A stretch of DNA of 64,000 nucleotides from Gemmatimonadota bacterium (lineage in GTDB: Bacteria > Gemmatimonadota > Gemmatimonadetes > Palauibacterales > Palauibacteraceae), in contig JBDHLB010000003.1 of assembly GCA_039586095.1 (NCBI GenBank), positions 827 to 64,826 on the forward strand. Reading direction: 5' to 3'. Of the stretch, positions 1 through 9,990 are shown one piece after another (position 1 is the stretch's first letter; each line of letters opens with the position of its first letter). The translations under genes were made by a program, and so were the position numbers. Under the pieces are notes generated by a model. That model ran no database searches and was not told where the DNA came from. It worked only from the letters and a program-made list of their open reading frames with translations.

Positions 1-1365
1 GCGCGCCGGCCGAGCACGACAGTGTCCCGTCCGCTTCTCTATGTAGCAGTTCCTCATCCGGCCGGTGCCTTCCGCGTCGCCGAGCCGCTCACGGCGTCCG
101 AGGGGATCCTCGATCGCGCTCGACGCATGCTTTTGGCAGCCACCGTACTCGCGCTCCTGATCGCCTATCCGCTCAGCCTGGCGGCGACCCGGCTCATCGG
201 GTCTCGGCTGGCCCAGTCGCGCCGTATGCTGGAAGCGCTTGGCGAAGGCGATCTCTCACGCCGGGTCACCCCACGCCATGAGGGAGTGGTCGCGCGCGTG
301 GAGCACGCCGCAAACCGAGCGGCCGGCCAACTGGTAGATCGAATCAAGCGCCTGGAGGCACAACGCGATGACCTCGATGCTCTCTTCAGGAACCTGGACG
401 AGGGCCTGGCGGTCGTCGATCGATCGGGGATCGTTCAACTGGCCAACGACGCATTCCTGCGCTGGGCAGGTCAGCCGGACGCTGTCGGACAGCGTGCCTC
501 GAATCTGTTTCGATCGCCGCTGCTGAGCGAAGCATTGGACCGGGGCTTTGACGGGCAAAGTGTGAACGAAGAACTGAGCCTCGGCGACGGAACCGCGCTA
601 ATCTCCGTACAGCCGCACCGCAGTGGGGTGTTACTGGTGATACGTGACCTGACCCGTCTCCGGCAGCTTGAGGGAGTGCGACGGGATTTCGTCGCCAACG
701 TGTCACACGAGCTCAAGACTCCTCTCACCAGCATGATGGGCTTCTCGGAAGCGTTGGCGTCGGGAGATCTTCCTGCGGACCGCACCGTCGAGTTCAGCGA
801 ACGAATCCTGGCGAACGCGATGCGGATGCGTCGCCTGGTGGACGACCTGCTCGATCTCGCGATCGTCGAAGCCGGCTCCTGGCAGCCTGAGCCAGAGACA
901 GTCTCTCTACCCGAGGTCGCGAAAGCCGTTTGGGCATCGCTGGATCCGGCGCCGACGGCCAAACGGATCAGGTTGGAAGTGGGCCAGCACACGCCTCTTC
1001 TTGTCGATGCAGGCGCCCTCCGACAGATCATGCGCAACCTGTTCGACAACGCTCTCCAGTACGCACCCGAAGGCACCTGCGTTGAAGTCTCGGCGGAGAG
1101 GTGCTCGGGCGGGGGTGACGCGTCGAACGGCTGGGTCCGTGTCAAAGTGTCAGACGAAGGACCGGGGATTCCTTCTGTTCACCACGAGCGGGTGTTCGAG
1201 CGCTTCTACCGCGTGGATCCGGCACGTTCTCGTGAAGCAGGTGGTACCGGACTCGGCCTGGCGATCGTGAAGCATCTCGTCGTCGCACACGGGGGCGAGG
1301 TCGGGATCGCGAGCGAAGTCGGCGCAGGGACAACGGTGTGGTTCACAGTGCCGGCCGGCCACTGA
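1..1365 (+). CDS. Sensor histidine kinase, PhoR-like (5'-partial)
   Basis: The frame is open from nt 1, so the true start probably lies outside the window. It has a TM segment [19 protein letters not shown], a HAMP/PAS-like middle, the H-box [15 protein letters not shown], and ATPase boxes [30 protein letters not shown]. It lies directly upstream of the porin-pst-phoU block. Confidence 0.85.
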   Translation, partial: ARRPSTTVSRPLLYVAVPHPAGAFRVAEPLTASEGILDRARRMLLAATVLALLIAYPLSLAATRLIGSRLAQSRRMLEALGEGDLSRRVTPRHEGVVARVEHAANRAAGQLVDRIKRLEAQRDDLDALFRNLDEGLAVVDRSGIVQLANDAFLRWAGQPDAVGQRASNLFRSPLLSEALDRGFDGQSVNEELSLGDGTALISVQPHRSGVLLVIRDLTRLRQLEGVRRDFVANVSHELKTPLTSMMGFSEALASGDLPADRTVEFSERILANAMRMRRLVDDLLDLAIVEAGSWQPEPETVSLPEVAKAVWASLDPAPTAKRIRLEVGQHTPLLVDAGALRQIMRNLFDNALQYAPEGTCVEVSAERCSGGGDASNGWVRVKVSDEGPGIPSVHHERVFERFYRVDPARSREAGGTGLGLAIVKHLVVAHGGEVGIASEVGAGTTVWFTVPAGH

Positions 1366-1373
1366 TTCGCCTT

Positions 1374-1406
1374 TGTTACTCTCATCTGACGAAATCGTTA
1401 CATAAT
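1374..1406 (+). promoter_or_regulatory. Candidate Pho box (three 11-bp-phased hexamers) abutting a -10-like CATAAT
   Basis: TGTTAC (1374-1379), TCTGAC (1385-1390) and CGTTAC (1396-1401) are spaced exactly 11 bp apart. CATAAT sits at 1401-1406. The site lies between the kinase stop (1365) and the porin start (1467). Confidence 0.3.
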
Positions 1407-1466
1407 GCCCAGACATTGTCCGGCGGTATCAAACAAGCGACGTACGCAGCCCGGAGGGCAATTCAG

Positions 1467-2618
1467 ATGTCACGGATAGGTTTTGGAGCATTGGGGCTGG
1501 CACTGGCGGCTCTGCTCAACGTGGGGCAGGCCCACGCCCAGTTGAAGGTCTACTCGGACGAGGATGGCAACGAGCTGAGTATTTCAGGCCAGTTCCAGGT
1601 GCAGCAGCGGACGAGCAGCTGCTCGGGCTTTCCCTTCGACGAGGGTACGTCCGCCTGCGAGGAAGACGTGGCTGTGAGCGAGCTGTTTCTGCGACGGGCG
1701 CGACTGGTCGTGCGCGGAAAGCTGCATGGGTGGATCGACTTCAAGTTTCAGCCGGATTTCAGCCGGATCAACTCGGTCACGTTGCTGGACGCCTACGCCC
1801 GGTTCGGCTTCAGTCCGTCTGCCCGGCTACAAGTCGGACGCTTCAAGCGGCCATTCGACGGCTTCCAGCTGACCAGTTCGTCCCAGATCCTGACCATCGA
1901 GCGCGATATCGACGTACCGGGTATCCCGTCGCTGACAGCCGTCTCGCTGGACGAGCTGACCACGGGTAGCCGGTTCGCCGATCGTGATGTGGGGATCATG
2001 CTGGACGGCGGGGTCGGAGAGTTCCACTACTGGGTCGCCGCCATGAACGGCTCGGGCTCGCGCGAGAATCTGGACGCCAACGACGGGAAACAGCTGATCG
2101 GTCGGGGTCAGTATGTGTTCGATCTCGGATCGATGCCGCTGTCTGTCGCGTTGGCGGGGGCGCTCGTCGACGAATCCTCCGAACGGGACGACGGGTCGCT
2201 CAAGACCGAGTACACCGGGAGCTTCGAGATCTTTTCGCAGCTCGGCGGCTTCAACAGCGGGCCGATCGTACAGGCAGGCTTCATCTACGGGAAGAACCCC
2301 AACCAGAACAGAGAGGGCGGCGAGCGTGATCCGTTGCTGGATGAGCCGTTCGCGAATCAGTACGGGTGGCAGGTGATCGGCGCCTACAAGATCCCGCTCG
2401 AGAGCGGGCTGGAGGCGATCAGTCCCGTGCTGCGTCTTACGGGGGGCGACCCCAACACGGACTTCGACGACGACGGCGGCTGGGCGCTGACTCCGGGCGT
2501 CGAGCTCTTCTTCTTCGGCCGAAACAAGCTGGCCATCAACTGGGATTTCGTGTTCCCGAACGACGCCGCTCTGCGCTCGGAGAACTCGTTCAAGTCACAG
2601 GTGCAGGTCTACTTCTGA
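1467..2618 (+). CDS. Phosphate-selective porin O/P family outer-membrane protein
   Basis: ATG at 1467 is preceded by GGAGGG. The signal peptide is MSRIGFGALGLALAALLNVGQAHA. The sequence is beta-strand-rich and ends in the C-terminal aromatic ...SQVQVYF typical of OM beta-barrels. It sits between the PhoR-like kinase and pstS. The ORF-track start at 1338 is probably too early. Confidence 0.7.
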   Translation: MSRIGFGALGLALAALLNVGQAHAQLKVYSDEDGNELSISGQFQVQQRTSSCSGFPFDEGTSACEEDVAVSELFLRRARLVVRGKLHGWIDFKFQPDFSRINSVTLLDAYARFGFSPSARLQVGRFKRPFDGFQLTSSSQILTIERDIDVPGIPSLTAVSLDELTTGSRFADRDVGIMLDGGVGEFHYWVAAMNGSGSRENLDANDGKQLIGRGQYVFDLGSMPLSVALAGALVDESSERDDGSLKTEYTGSFEIFSQLGGFNSGPIVQAGFIYGKNPNQNREGGERDPLLDEPFANQYGWQVIGAYKIPLESGLEAISPVLRLTGGDPNTDFDDDGGWALTPGVELFFFGRNKLAINWDFVFPNDAALRSENSFKSQVQVYF

Positions 2619-2681
2619 TCGGTATTGGACAAGGGGGCTGCCGGTTTGAGTCCCGACAGGCGCGGACATACGAGGAGAGAC

Positions 2682-3614
2682 ATGAAAGCACAGAGATATC
2701 TGACGGCGCTCCTGATCGCGCTCGCCCCCGTGGCCGTGCTGGCCTGCGGTGGCGGCGAGGGGGCAGGCGAGGAAGCGGGGCTCACCGGTTCCGTGGCCGT
2801 GGACGGATCGAGCACGGTCTACCCGATCACCGAGGCGGTGGCCGAGGAATTCCAGATTGCGAATCCGGGCGTTCGCGTCACGGTCGGGATCTCGGGCACG
2901 GGCGGTGGCTTCAAGAAGTTCTGCGCCGGCGAAACCGACATCAGCGACGCCTCCCGGCCGATCAAGGAGTCCGAGCTTGAGGCGTGCCGAGCGGCCGGCA
3001 TCGAGCCCATCGAGATTCCCGTGGCGTGGGATGGCCTGACCGTTGTGGCGAATCTGGAGAACGATTGGGCCGAGTGCATGACCGTCGACGAGCTGCGCCG
3101 GTTGTGGCAGCCCGGAAGCACGGTGCAGCGCTGGAACCAGATTCGTGCGGATTGGCCCGACGAAGAAGTTGTTCTCTACGGCCCGGACACCGATTCCGGT
3201 ACTTTCGATTACTTCACGGAGGCCATCGTCGGCGAAGAGGACGCGAGCCGCTCCGACTATACGGCCAGCGCCGACGACAACGTGCTGGTGGTGGGTGTGG
3301 AGGGCGACGGAGGTGCCCTTGGGTACTTCGGGTTCGCCTATTTCGATGAGAACCAGGACAAGCTGCGCGCGATCGCGGTCGACGGCGGCGAGGGCTGTGT
3401 GGCGCCGACCATGGCGACGATCGAGAGCGGGGAGTATCAGCCGCTGTCCCGTCCGATGTTCATCTACGTGCGGCAAGATGCCCTGGAGCGTCCGGAACTG
3501 GCGGCGTTTGTACGGTTCTATCTGGACAACGCCGCGGTGCTGACTCCCGAGGTCGGGTACGTGCCACTGGCCGCAGAGCGGTATGCGGAAAGCCTCGCAC
3601 AAATCGGCAGCTGA
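2682..3614 (+). CDS. pstS: Phosphate ABC transporter substrate-binding lipoprotein PstS
   Basis: ATG at 2682 follows GAGGAG. The lipobox is AVLAC-GGG. PstS-like motifs are present: [49 protein letters not shown]. Confidence 0.9.
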   Translation: MKAQRYLTALLIALAPVAVLACGGGEGAGEEAGLTGSVAVDGSSTVYPITEAVAEEFQIANPGVRVTVGISGTGGGFKKFCAGETDISDASRPIKESELEACRAAGIEPIEIPVAWDGLTVVANLENDWAECMTVDELRRLWQPGSTVQRWNQIRADWPDEEVVLYGPDTDSGTFDYFTEAIVGEEDASRSDYTASADDNVLVVGVEGDGGALGYFGFAYFDENQDKLRAIAVDGGEGCVAPTMATIESGEYQPLSRPMFIYVRQDALERPELAAFVRFYLDNAAVLTPEVGYVPLAAERYAESLAQIGS

Positions 3615-4578
3615 CGCTTCCTCGGCGGGAATCGAGCCGCAAGCCGACCCGACACGCTCCGCCGCAGTGCTGAGCCCGCTCGACCTGCGCCCACAACGCG
3701 CGCGGGTCGTCCGGGAGCGGGCGATCGGGTCGGCCCTGTTCTTCTGCGGGCTCGTCTCCGTCCTGACCACGGTCGGCATCGTGGTCGTGCTCGTTAGGGA
3801 GTCGGCAGGCTTCTTCCGACAGATCCCGCTCCTCGAGTTCCTGACCGGCACCCGGTGGGCACCGCTCTATCAGGATCAAGCGTTCGGCATTCTGCCGCTG
3901 TTGAACGGCACCCTGATCATCGCACTCGGCTCTTCGCTCATCGCGCTGCCCGTCGGTCTGGCGAGCGCCATCTACCTGAGCGAGTACGCCTCCGTCCGGG
4001 TCCGACGGGCCGTGAAGCCGGTGCTCGAGATCCTGGCAGGCATCCCGACCGTCGTCTACGGCTATTTTGCGGTCACCTTCGTCACCCCACTGATTCGATA
4101 TCTCTTCCCGGAGACGGGGATCTTCAACGCGGCGAGCGGCGCGATCGTGGTCGGCATCATGATTCTGCCGATGGTGTCTTCTCTGTCGGAGGACGCGCTC
4201 AGCGCGGTGCCACGATCGCTTCGCGAGGCGGCGTATGGGCTCGGTGCGACCAAGTTCGAGGTTTCGACGCGTGTCGTAGTGCCGGCGGCTCTTTCCGGAG
4301 TCGTGGCGTCGTTCATCCTCGCCATCTCACGCGCCGTCGGCGAGACGATGGCGGTCACGCTGGCGGCCGGTGCCACGCCGAGAATGACGCTGAGCTTTCT
4401 GGAGAGCGTACAAACGATGACGGCTTACATCGTCCAGGTGAGCCTCGGTGAGACGCCGCACGGGACCATCGAGTACCAGACGATCTTCGCCGTCGGACTG
4501 ATCCTCTTTCTGATCACTCTGGCCATGAACCTGCTGAGCCAGAGGGTGAAGGCCCGCTTCCGCGAGGTGTACGAATGA
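3583..4578 (+). CDS. pstC: Phosphate ABC transporter permease PstC
   Basis: Multi-TM permease carrying the EAA-type loop [14 protein letters not shown]. It lies between pstS and pstA. The listed start overlaps the pstS end, and an in-frame GTG at 3667 is an alternative start. Confidence 0.88.
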   Translation: MRKASHKSAADASSAGIEPQADPTRSAAVLSPLDLRPQRARVVRERAIGSALFFCGLVSVLTTVGIVVVLVRESAGFFRQIPLLEFLTGTRWAPLYQDQAFGILPLLNGTLIIALGSSLIALPVGLASAIYLSEYASVRVRRAVKPVLEILAGIPTVVYGYFAVTFVTPLIRYLFPETGIFNAASGAIVVGIMILPMVSSLSEDALSAVPRSLREAAYGLGATKFEVSTRVVVPAALSGVVASFILAISRAVGETMAVTLAAGATPRMTLSFLESVQTMTAYIVQVSLGETPHGTIEYQTIFAVGLILFLITLAMNLLSQRVKARFREVYE

Positions 4579-5418
4579 GCAGCGGCAGTTTTGCACCGCG
4601 AGCGGAGGCTAGACGACGGTTGGGCAGCGCCTTCAAGTGGCTGTGTTTCTCGGCCGTCTGCTTCGGCATGGTGAGCCTCGCCATTCTCATGGTCGACGTG
4701 GCCGTCGAAGGGTTGCCGGTTCTGTCGCTGGATTTCCTCTCGCGCCGGAATCCGCTCGGCGATCCTGGGAACGCTGTGGATGATGGCGCTGGTTGCCGCC
4801 TTGAGCTTTCCACTGGGAGTGGGCGCAGCCATCTATCTCGAGGAGTACGCGCCACAGAATTGGTTCACGCGGCTCCTGCAGACGAACATCGCGAATCTGG
4901 CGGGCGTCCCGTCGATCGTCTACGGAATCCTGGGGCTCACGGTGTTCGTCCGCTTCTTCGCGCTGGAGCGAAGCGTGCTGTCCGGTGCGATGACACTGTC
5001 GCTTCTGATCTTGCCGGTCGTGATCATCGCCTCACAGGAGGCCATACGCGCGGTCCCCAACACGCTTCGTGAGGCCTCCTACGGACTCGGTGCGACCCGC
5101 TGGCAGACCATACGCCACCATGTGCTTCCGGTCGCGATGCCGGGGATCCTCACGGGTACGATTCTCGCTCTGTCTCGCGCGATCGGTGAAACGGCGCCGC
5201 TGATCATGATCGGGGCCCTGACGTTCATCGCTTTCGATCCGCGCAGTCCGATGGACCCGTTCACGGTACTGCCGATCCAGATCTTCAACTGGACGGCGCG
5301 GCCTCAGGCTGACTTTCACACCCTGGCGGCCGGGGCGATCGTGGTCTTACTCGTCGTGTTGCTACTGATGAACGCAACGGCGATCGTTCTGCGTAATCGT
5401 TACCGCAAGCAGCTGTAG
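4575..5418 (+). pseudogene. pstA: Phosphate ABC transporter permease PstA, reading frame disrupted near 4740-4747
   Basis: The N-terminal part (from 4575) encodes TM1 and ...[11 protein letters not shown], then becomes non-protein-like. A second frame reads [38 protein letters not shown]... through the EAA loop [14 protein letters not shown] to the stop at 5418. The first start codon in that second frame is ATG 4780, which would lack TM1. Confidence 0.8.
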
Positions 5419-5432
5419 GATCGGGGAAGGCC

Positions 5433-6200
5433 GTGAACACCGTTGGCATGAGTGATTCCGCACTTTCGACCCGCGTTCTGAGCGTCTTCTACGGCGACTC
5501 GATCGCCTTGAAGGACGTGACTCTGGAGGTGCCGAAGAACCGGGTTGTGGCGTTCATCGGACCGTCCGGATGCGGCAAGAGCACGCTGCTCAGGTGTTTC
5601 AATCGAATGAACGATCTCATCCCCGTGGCCAGGGTCACCGGCGAGGTGATGTTTCACGGGCTCAACCTGTACGATCCTGACGTGGACGCGGTCGAGGTGA
5701 GGCGGCGAATCGGAATGGTCTTCCAGAAGCCGAACCCGTTTCCGAAAACGATCTACGAGAACGTGGCATTCGGGCTCCGAATCAATGGCTACCAGAGCGA
5801 TATCGCCGAACGCGTGGAACAATCACTCCGGGGGGCCGCCTTGTGGGATGAGGTCAAAGACCGCCTGAGCGACAGCGCCCTGGGGCTTTCGGGTGGACAG
5901 CAGCAAAGGCTGTGCATCGCGCGGGCACTGGCGGTCGAGCCCGAGATTCTCCTGATGGATGAGCCTGCCAGCGCGCTCGACCCGATCGCGACCGGGCGCA
6001 TCGAAGACTTGATCGGCGACCTCAAGAGGGACTACACGATCGTGATCGTGACCCACAACATGCAGCAGGCCGCTCGCGTGAGTGACCTGACGGCCTTCCT
6101 GTACCTGGGTGAACTGATCGAGTACGACGAGACCGAAAAGGTGTTCACGAATCCGACGCACGAGCGGACGGAGCAATACATCACGGGGCGGTTCGGCTAA
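5433..6200 (+). CDS. pstB: Phosphate ABC transporter ATP-binding protein PstB
   Basis: Walker [10 protein letters not shown], signature LSGGQQQRL, Walker [13 protein letters not shown]-loop VTHNM. Confidence 0.95.
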   Translation: MNTVGMSDSALSTRVLSVFYGDSIALKDVTLEVPKNRVVAFIGPSGCGKSTLLRCFNRMNDLIPVARVTGEVMFHGLNLYDPDVDAVEVRRRIGMVFQKPNPFPKTIYENVAFGLRINGYQSDIAERVEQSLRGAALWDEVKDRLSDSALGLSGGQQQRLCIARALAVEPEILLMDEPASALDPIATGRIEDLIGDLKRDYTIVIVTHNMQQAARVSDLTAFLYLGELIEYDETEKVFTNPTHERTEQYITGRFG

Positions 6201-6904
6201 TGCCACACAAGCACTTCGACGAGAGACTGGACGAGCTCAAGCAGCGTCTCCTTCGGATGTCGGCGGACATCGAGACGCTCGTAGAGCAGGCGGTGCAGCT
6301 GACGATCGGCAAGGGGGGCGATCTTACGCCTCAGGACATCGTCGAGGGCGACAAGGACATCGATCAGGCAGAAGTCGAAGTCGAGGAGCTTGCCATTGAG
6401 TTGCTGGCCCTGCATCAACCCATGGCGACGGACCTGCGCGTCATCGTGACGATCCTCAAGATCAACAACGATCTGGAGCGCATCGGTGACCACGCGGTCA
6501 ACATCGCCGAGGCAGTGGACAGGCTCAACCAGTCAGGCCACGTGGTCCCGAGGCCACCGGAACTGGAGGAGATGGGCCAAATCTCGGTGGCGATGCTGCG
6601 TGACGCGCTGGATGCCTTCGTGCGGACGAGCGCGGATGAGGCGTTGGCCGTCGGTCGCCGCGACGACATCGTCGACCGACTGCACGAGTCTCTGTTTCGC
6701 GTCATGCTGACCCACATGACGGAGCACAACATCTCGAACTGCCTGTCGGTGATCTTGATCGGGCGCAACATCGAACGGATTGCCGATCTCGCGGTCAACA
6801 TCGCGGAAGACGCCTACTACATGGTCCGCGGAATCACGATCCGCCACATGGGTGAGGACCTGGAAAGAATCTCCGAGGAGAGCGACGACGAGGCGTCCCC
6901 CTAG
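6200..6904 (+). CDS. phoU: Phosphate signalling complex protein PhoU
   Basis: TAATG stop/start overlap with pstB. It has two PhoU repeats with the motifs NNDLERIGDHAVNIAE and GRNIERIADLAVNIAED. Confidence 0.92.
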   Translation: MPHKHFDERLDELKQRLLRMSADIETLVEQAVQLTIGKGGDLTPQDIVEGDKDIDQAEVEVEELAIELLALHQPMATDLRVIVTILKINNDLERIGDHAVNIAEAVDRLNQSGHVVPRPPELEEMGQISVAMLRDALDAFVRTSADEALAVGRRDDIVDRLHESLFRVMLTHMTEHNISNCLSVILIGRNIERIADLAVNIAEDAYYMVRGITIRHMGEDLERISEESDDEASP

Positions 6905-7074
6905 CCGCCTGAACCGCCACCCGGTTCGTTGCACGCGCCCGGGCCATCCAGCCGAGACCGGTCCGTTCCCACCCGCCAGCTGTGTACGCCCTCGCTGAAT
7001 CCCCTATCTTGCCCTGCCGAGCCACGCTTTGGATGCAGCTCAGTCGGCCGAGGTGATGAAGAGGTGACGAAGCA

Positions 7075-8544
7075 GTGAATCTGTGGGACGTTCTGCGCTC
7101 CGAGGTTGCACTCTCCACGGTTCTGGGGGGGGCATACCTTGCGATCCTCTGCCTCCTCGTTCCGTTCGGACTCCACCGCATGCGACTGATCTGGCTCCGG
7201 TTCACGAGACGGCGTCCGGCAGTTGCCGCTGAGTGGAAGGGCGATCTGCCGTTCGTAACCGTCCAGCTGCCTGTCTACAACGAGGCGACGGTCGTGGAGC
7301 GACTGATCGATGCGGCCTGCGAACTCGATTATCCACGAGAGCGACTCGAGGTTCAGGTGTTGGATGACTCCGATGACGAGACGGTCGAATTGGCCGCTGC
7401 CCGCGTATCGAGATGGAAGTCCGATGGGGTGGACATCAGGCATCTCCGGAGACGAGGCCGCGACGGATTCAAGGCGGGGGCGCTGGCCGCAGGCGAGAAA
7501 GTCGCGAACGGCGACTTTCTGCTCGTGCTCGATGCCGACTTTCTTCCGCCAAAGAACCTCGTCCGGCGACTGCTTTCCCCGTTTGCGGAGCCGGATGTGG
7601 GTGCCGTCCAGGCAGCCTGGGGTCATCTCGACGCCGACCAGAGCTGGTTGACGCGCGCGCAGGCGCTCTTTCTGGATGCCCACTTCGCGATCGAGCATGA
7701 AGCCCGGTACCGAAGTGGCCTGTTCTTCAACTTCAACGGCTCGGCCGGCATGTGGCGGCGTCGGTGCGTTGGGGATGCCGGAGGCTGGCAGGCCGACACG
7801 CTGACGGAGGACCTCGACCTCAGCTATCGCGCACAGCTGGCGGGCTGGCGGTTCGTCTACCTGGACGATGTTCGGGTGCCAGCGGAGCTGCCCGATCGCA
7901 TGCGGGCGCTGGAGCTTCAGCAGGAGCGCTGGGCCCAGGGCGGAATCCAGACGGCGCGCAAGCTTCTGCCGGGCCTGTGGCGCCGAAGTCTGCCTCTGGC
8001 CGTGAAACTGGAGGCGACGGCGCACCTTCTGGGTCACGCCGTACATCCCCTCACTCTCGCGCTCGGCGTTGCGCTTGCCGCGTTCGGATTCTCAGGATCT
8101 GCCGGCGAGCTTCTGCCCGCCTGGGTCCACGTTGCTGCCCTGGGGCTCGCGACCGTGCCGTTCGTCTCCTTCTACGCCGTTGCAGCCCGGCTCCGCGGGG
8201 TAGGTCCGACCGCTTCGGTGCGCCGGGTCCTGGAGGCGATGATTCTCGGGCTCGGGCTGGGTGTGCCGTTGGCGGGCGCCGTGCTGCGTGGATTGACCCG
8301 CACCGGGACGGGGTTCCGGCGGACTCCGAAACGAGGCGCAGCCGAACGTCGGCGCTATGCGGCCACGTCGGATCCCGTCGCGCTGGCGGTCCGTGGAAGC
8401 CTGGGGCTACTGCTGGCCGGTGCGGTCGCCAACCTTGTCGCCGCCGGCATGCTGGCCGCCACCCCGTTCACGGGGTTGTTCGCCGCCGGCTACGTGGCCG
8501 CCACGCGTGAGTCGGTGCGCCGCGACCCCGTCGACCACGAGTAG
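7075..8544 (+). CDS. Membrane-embedded family-2 glycosyltransferase (processive cellulose/hyaluronan/CslA-like type)
   Basis: N-terminal TM, then VQLPVYNE, VLDDSDD, LVLDADF, TEDLDLSYRAQLAGW and QQERWAQG (a QxxRW-type motif), followed by several C-terminal TM helices. Confidence 0.85.
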   Translation: MNLWDVLRSEVALSTVLGGAYLAILCLLVPFGLHRMRLIWLRFTRRRPAVAAEWKGDLPFVTVQLPVYNEATVVERLIDAACELDYPRERLEVQVLDDSDDETVELAAARVSRWKSDGVDIRHLRRRGRDGFKAGALAAGEKVANGDFLLVLDADFLPPKNLVRRLLSPFAEPDVGAVQAAWGHLDADQSWLTRAQALFLDAHFAIEHEARYRSGLFFNFNGSAGMWRRRCVGDAGGWQADTLTEDLDLSYRAQLAGWRFVYLDDVRVPAELPDRMRALELQQERWAQGGIQTARKLLPGLWRRSLPLAVKLEATAHLLGHAVHPLTLALGVALAAFGFSGSAGELLPAWVHVAALGLATVPFVSFYAVAARLRGVGPTASVRRVLEAMILGLGLGVPLAGAVLRGLTRTGTGFRRTPKRGAAERRRYAATSDPVALAVRGSLGLLLAGAVANLVAAGMLAATPFTGLFAAGYVAATRESVRRDPVDHE

Positions 8545-9990
8545 CACGCCGAACGGGAGCCAGACGAGCGCCGAGAGCCACCAGGGAAACGGCCACACGC
8601 CGGAAAGCTGGTATGCGTCCCGACCCCAGTAGGCAAAGAAGACGGTGCCTGTGAAGAGGATCCAGGCCCGACTGCGCTCGAGCGCCGCGAAGGGCAGGAT
8701 CCACAGCACGTACCACGGGTGGAGCGTGGGTGAAAGAACCAGCGCCGCGCCGAGCGTCCAGAAGAGCGTGCGAGCCACCGTCCATCCGCGCCACGCAGCC
8801 CATGCGGCGACTCCCACGACGACAGCCGCCGCGAGCATTCTCGGGCCGAGGCTGCCCGGGATCAGAAGATCCAGCACACGGAAGGGACCGGCGTTGAACG
8901 CCCAGCGCTCGGCGTACTCACCCAGACCCGAGAACATCTGTGCTCCCGCCCCCAGAAACGGGAAGTACGACAGGAACAGGACCAGCGCTGCGACCGACAG
9001 CGGCGCAAATCCGCGGCGGCGGGCCAGCGCGGGCAGAGCCGCGGCCGGGGCGAACTTGATGGCGGCCCCGATCCCCAGGAGGCTCCCGGCCACGGCTCCG
9101 GCGGCGCCTCCCGGGCCGCGCCATTGTTTCCGGCTCTCTCCTGCCACGCCCCGCCTGCTCGAATCGTCCCTCGCCCACGCGAGCACCCACACGGCCGCCA
9201 CCATCGGCAGCATGCCCAGCGGCTCCAGATGGCCGCTCCACGCGACTTCCAGTACTAGCAGCGGAGACCACAGGTAGAGCGCGAGCGGCACGGACGCCGT
9301 TGCCGATGTGGAGGCCGCGTCGATTGCCGGGCCGGGAGCGGCACCGAACGCCGTGACGGCTCGCTGGCTGCGTTGGACGGCGATCCGATCCACCATCCAG
9401 GCTGTCACCAGGTCGGCCGCGAGCCAGCTCAGTTTGAACAGGGGCACGCTTGCGGCGAGGGTCGCCAGGCTCCAGAACACTAGTTGCGCCGCCGGTGGAT
9501 AGATCGTCGCGATGTCCGGGTGGTTGATGAGCGGCCACCATTCGGTGCGAAGCCCCGCGAGCGCCGGGCTGGCAGGAGCGTGGAGAAACGGATTGACGCC
9601 GTGCGTTTGTACCCAGCCGTCCCACAGATAACGGTAGATGTCATCCGAGTAATGCGGCGCGAGCGGAAACACCGCGACACGGAGCGCCAGGCCTACTCCC
9701 CACACCCAGCGGCGAGGGAGCGGGCGGCGGGCGTGAGACGCGACCGCGACCCCGTACGCCGTCATCGCCCCGAGCCATACCAGGCTGGCGGGAAACGGGG
9801 TGGCCCGCGCTCCCTGAAGCCAGCCGAGTCCGGAGAGCGCGAGGATCAGCAACGCGCAGGCCGCGATTCCAGGCCAGCCCGACAGAGATGAAGCCGAGCT
9901 CGGCCAGTCCTCGGAGCCAGCTGGAGAACGCGATGCACTCAAGTCGTCGTCCAACCGCCGATCTCTGCGTCGCCGTATTGATTCCCGCAT
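8407..9990 (-). CDS. Polytopic GT-C-type glycosyltransferase (DUF2029/GT87-like)
   Basis: More than 10 predicted TM helices. An early periplasmic-loop motif reads HYSDDIYRYLWDGWVQTHGVNPF. The last ~38 codons are hydrophilic and lie antisense to the GT2 C-terminus. The exact start is uncertain. Confidence 0.65.
   Translation of the reverse strand: MRESIRRRRDRRLDDDLSASRSPAGSEDWPSSASSLSGWPGIAACALLILALSGLGWLQGARATPFPASLVWLGAMTAYGVAVASHARRPLPRRWVWGVGLALRVAVFPLAPHYSDDIYRYLWDGWVQTHGVNPFLHAPASPALAGLRTEWWPLINHPDIATIYPPAAQLVFWSLATLAASVPLFKLSWLAADLVTAWMVDRIAVQRSQRAVTAFGAAPGPAIDAASTSATASVPLALYLWSPLLVLEVAWSGHLEPLGMLPMVAAVWVLAWARDDSSRRGVAGESRKQWRGPGGAAGAVAGSLLGIGAAIKFAPAAALPALARRRGFAPLSVAALVLFLSYFPFLGAGAQMFSGLGEYAERWAFNAGPFRVLDLLIPGSLGPRMLAAAVVVGVAAWAAWRGWTVARTLFWTLGAALVLSPTLHPWYVLWILPFAALERSRAWILFTGTVFFAYWGRDAYQLSGVWPFPWWLSALVWLPFGVLLVVDGVAAHRLTRGGHVAGGEQPRERGGGQHAGGDKVGDRTGQQ

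Noticed and set aside
2595-3851. 418-aa minus-strand ORF across pstS/pstC
   Set aside because: It lies antisense to two confidently identified genes. Its composition is R/G/P/A-rich with no recognisable motif, the typical shadow ORF of GC-rich DNA.
6901-8046. 381-aa minus-strand ORF opposite the GT2 gene
   Set aside because: It is antisense to a GT2 gene with clear DxD/QxxRW motifs, and its sequence is low complexity and R/P-rich.
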